Assembly (NCBI GenBank): GCA_013239625.1
Contig: MU053873.1
Span: 2,122,524-2,186,523, forward strand
Direction: 5' to 3'
Length of the DNA stretch: 64,000 nucleotides
Origin: Lama guanicoe
Taxonomy: Eukaryota
In this document: in pieces, positions 62,631 through 64,000 of the stretch
Position numbering within the stretch: the stretch's first letter is position 1
Layout: each line of letters begins with the position of its first letter
Translations under genes and position numbers: made by a program
The notes under the pieces: model-generated
What the model saw: only the letters and a program-made list of their open reading frames with translations
Databases searched by the model: none
Told to the model about the DNA's origin: nothing

Positions 62631-63206
62631 TAATTAGTACATAAATCAATTGCAAGTCAGTGTTTGGATTTGTGATTAGCATACAAGTAATTTGTTGTTT
62701 GACATTTTTGAGATTAAGCGTCGGTGTAATTAGCACATAAATCATTTGCACATGAGTGCTCCTGAAGTGTCTGGTGTGTAATTAGATGTAAATCATTTGT
62801 ATTTGGGGGTTTCTAAGGTATTTGGTGTGTCATTAGCACATAAATCATTTGTACATTAGTGTTTTTAAAGTGCTGTGTAATTAGCACATGGATTATCTGC
62901 AAATATGCATTTCAAATTATTTGTTTGTTATTAGCATGCAAATCATTGGTGCATAGAATCTTCTAAATTATTTAGTGGTCAGTGAGTACGTATTTAATTT
63001 GTAAATAAGACATTCTAAAGTGTCTTTTGTAATTAGCACATACACCAGTTGTGTATATGTGTATGTTTGAGTTGCCTGATTTGTGATTAGTGCACAGATC
63101 ATTTTCTGAATGAGCTCTCTTAAGTGACTTATAGTTTGCATAGAAATCATTTATCAATGGGCGTTTCTAAGGCACTTGATTTATAATTGACATATACGCA
63201 ATTTGT
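62631..63206 (+). repeat. Degenerate ~51-bp tandem array, 12 units, conserved core TAATTAGCACATAAATCATTTG
   Basis: Core starts at 62631, 62673, 62727, 62779, 62830, 62878, 62928, 62979 (weak), 63030, 63084, 63132 and 63184; spacings 42-54 bp. Confidence 0.88.
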
Positions 63207-63835
63207 AGATGGGTCTTTAATAACTGCTTGAAAAAAGTTCTTCCTCTCTTAAGAGATACTCTTTTATCCTGTGTACATTTGCTTAGCAAGCATAATTGCA
63301 CTTGTAGAAAGAAAGATTTATCAGTTGCTGAGGTTTTCTCTCTTCTCACTCCAAGCTCAGAATGCACATCTTGCATCTCAAAACATTTCACAACACTGTG
63401 CTGTTGGCTTGTATGAGACCAAAAGCCTGGTGTCTCTCTAGAGATTCAGGTCAAATCTCAAAGTCTCTTTCAGTGAGGTGAAGGTGTCTCTTGTGTTCTA
63501 GGAGATCAGAAAGCACCGTCTGGACCTAACTGATAAGAGGGATTTGGCAAAAAATAATCAAATGGGAATCACTAATTTGTGAATAAATACAAACTTTATT
63601 CAAATAAGAAGCCCAGTGACTCCCCAAATAACTATGAAGGAAACAGGAAAGGGAATTAAATTTTTGGTCAGTTAGTGGATGCCAGGAACCGACCTAATCG
63701 TAGGGGAGAAATCTCACTTAGTTATAATAACCATCCCGACGGACACTCATTGCACCTCCAGCATGAATCAAAGCAACAGAAAGAAACATCCCAGAGTTTA
63801 AAAACTCTTGAGAATGTGTTTAAAAAGCACCCTCA

Positions 63836-63880
63836 CATATACTTATATACAACTGGTATATGTGCTAATTACAAAAGATA
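63836..63880 (-). repeat. Inverted copy of array unit 9 (63021-63065)
   Basis: Reverse complement tatcttttgtaattagcacatataccagttgtatataagtatatg matches tgtcttttgtaattagcacatacaccagttgtgtatatgtgtatg at 40/45 positions, ungapped. Confidence 0.92.
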
Positions 63881-64000
63881 TGATAGATAAAATAATGAAA
63901 AGATGACCATGACTAGATAAATTCTGGCTTTGAATCCCAGAGGCAACTTACAAATCCTTTAAGAATCTAGACAGGAAAAATGAAACATTAAAAGAATCAT

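Noticed and set aside
62631..63206. CRISPR-like reading of the repeat-and-spacer array
   Set aside because: The context is mammalian, the repeats are degenerate, the spacers are related to one another, and there are no cas genes or leader.
62631..63206. Identification as the MIAT/Gomafu TACTAAC repeat
   Set aside because: The units read mostly TGCTAAT (once TACTAAT) on the minus strand, not TACTAAC, and I cannot establish the locus.
1..64000. Naming the locus or neighbouring gene
   Set aside because: No exon is recognisable and several developmental gene deserts share this character; an alignment is needed.

Overview
Mammalian, GC-rich, apparently non-coding DNA (intergenic or deep intronic). 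A tRNA-derived SINE resembling the camelid vic-1 family (~36.2-36.4 kb) and an artiodactyl-type L1 3' end (~22.9-23.3 kb) point to a camelid host. I recognise no protein-coding exon, RNA gene or CRISPR array. The listed ORFs look like chance open frames in GC-rich or repeat sequence. Much of the window is old interspersed repeats (MIR, L2, L1M, L3, MLT1 LTRs, hAT and Tigger MITEs), recognised by eye from remembered consensus sequences, so subfamily names and boundaries are approximate; only the clearer MIR and L2 fragments are listed. Between the repeats are sharply AT-rich, homeodomain/POU-motif-dense unique segments and a small orphan CpG island, the pattern expected of an enhancer landscape around a developmental regulator. 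Conservation and locus identity could not be tested. The most unusual structure is a degenerate 12-unit, ~51-bp array at 62.6-63.2 kb with a conserved TAATTAGCACATAAATCATTTG core, plus a 45-bp inverted copy of one unit 770 bp downstream. Also notable are a 22-bp minisatellite with near-consensus p53-family half-sites at every junction (51.4-51.6 kb) and a tight octamer cluster (32.8 kb).
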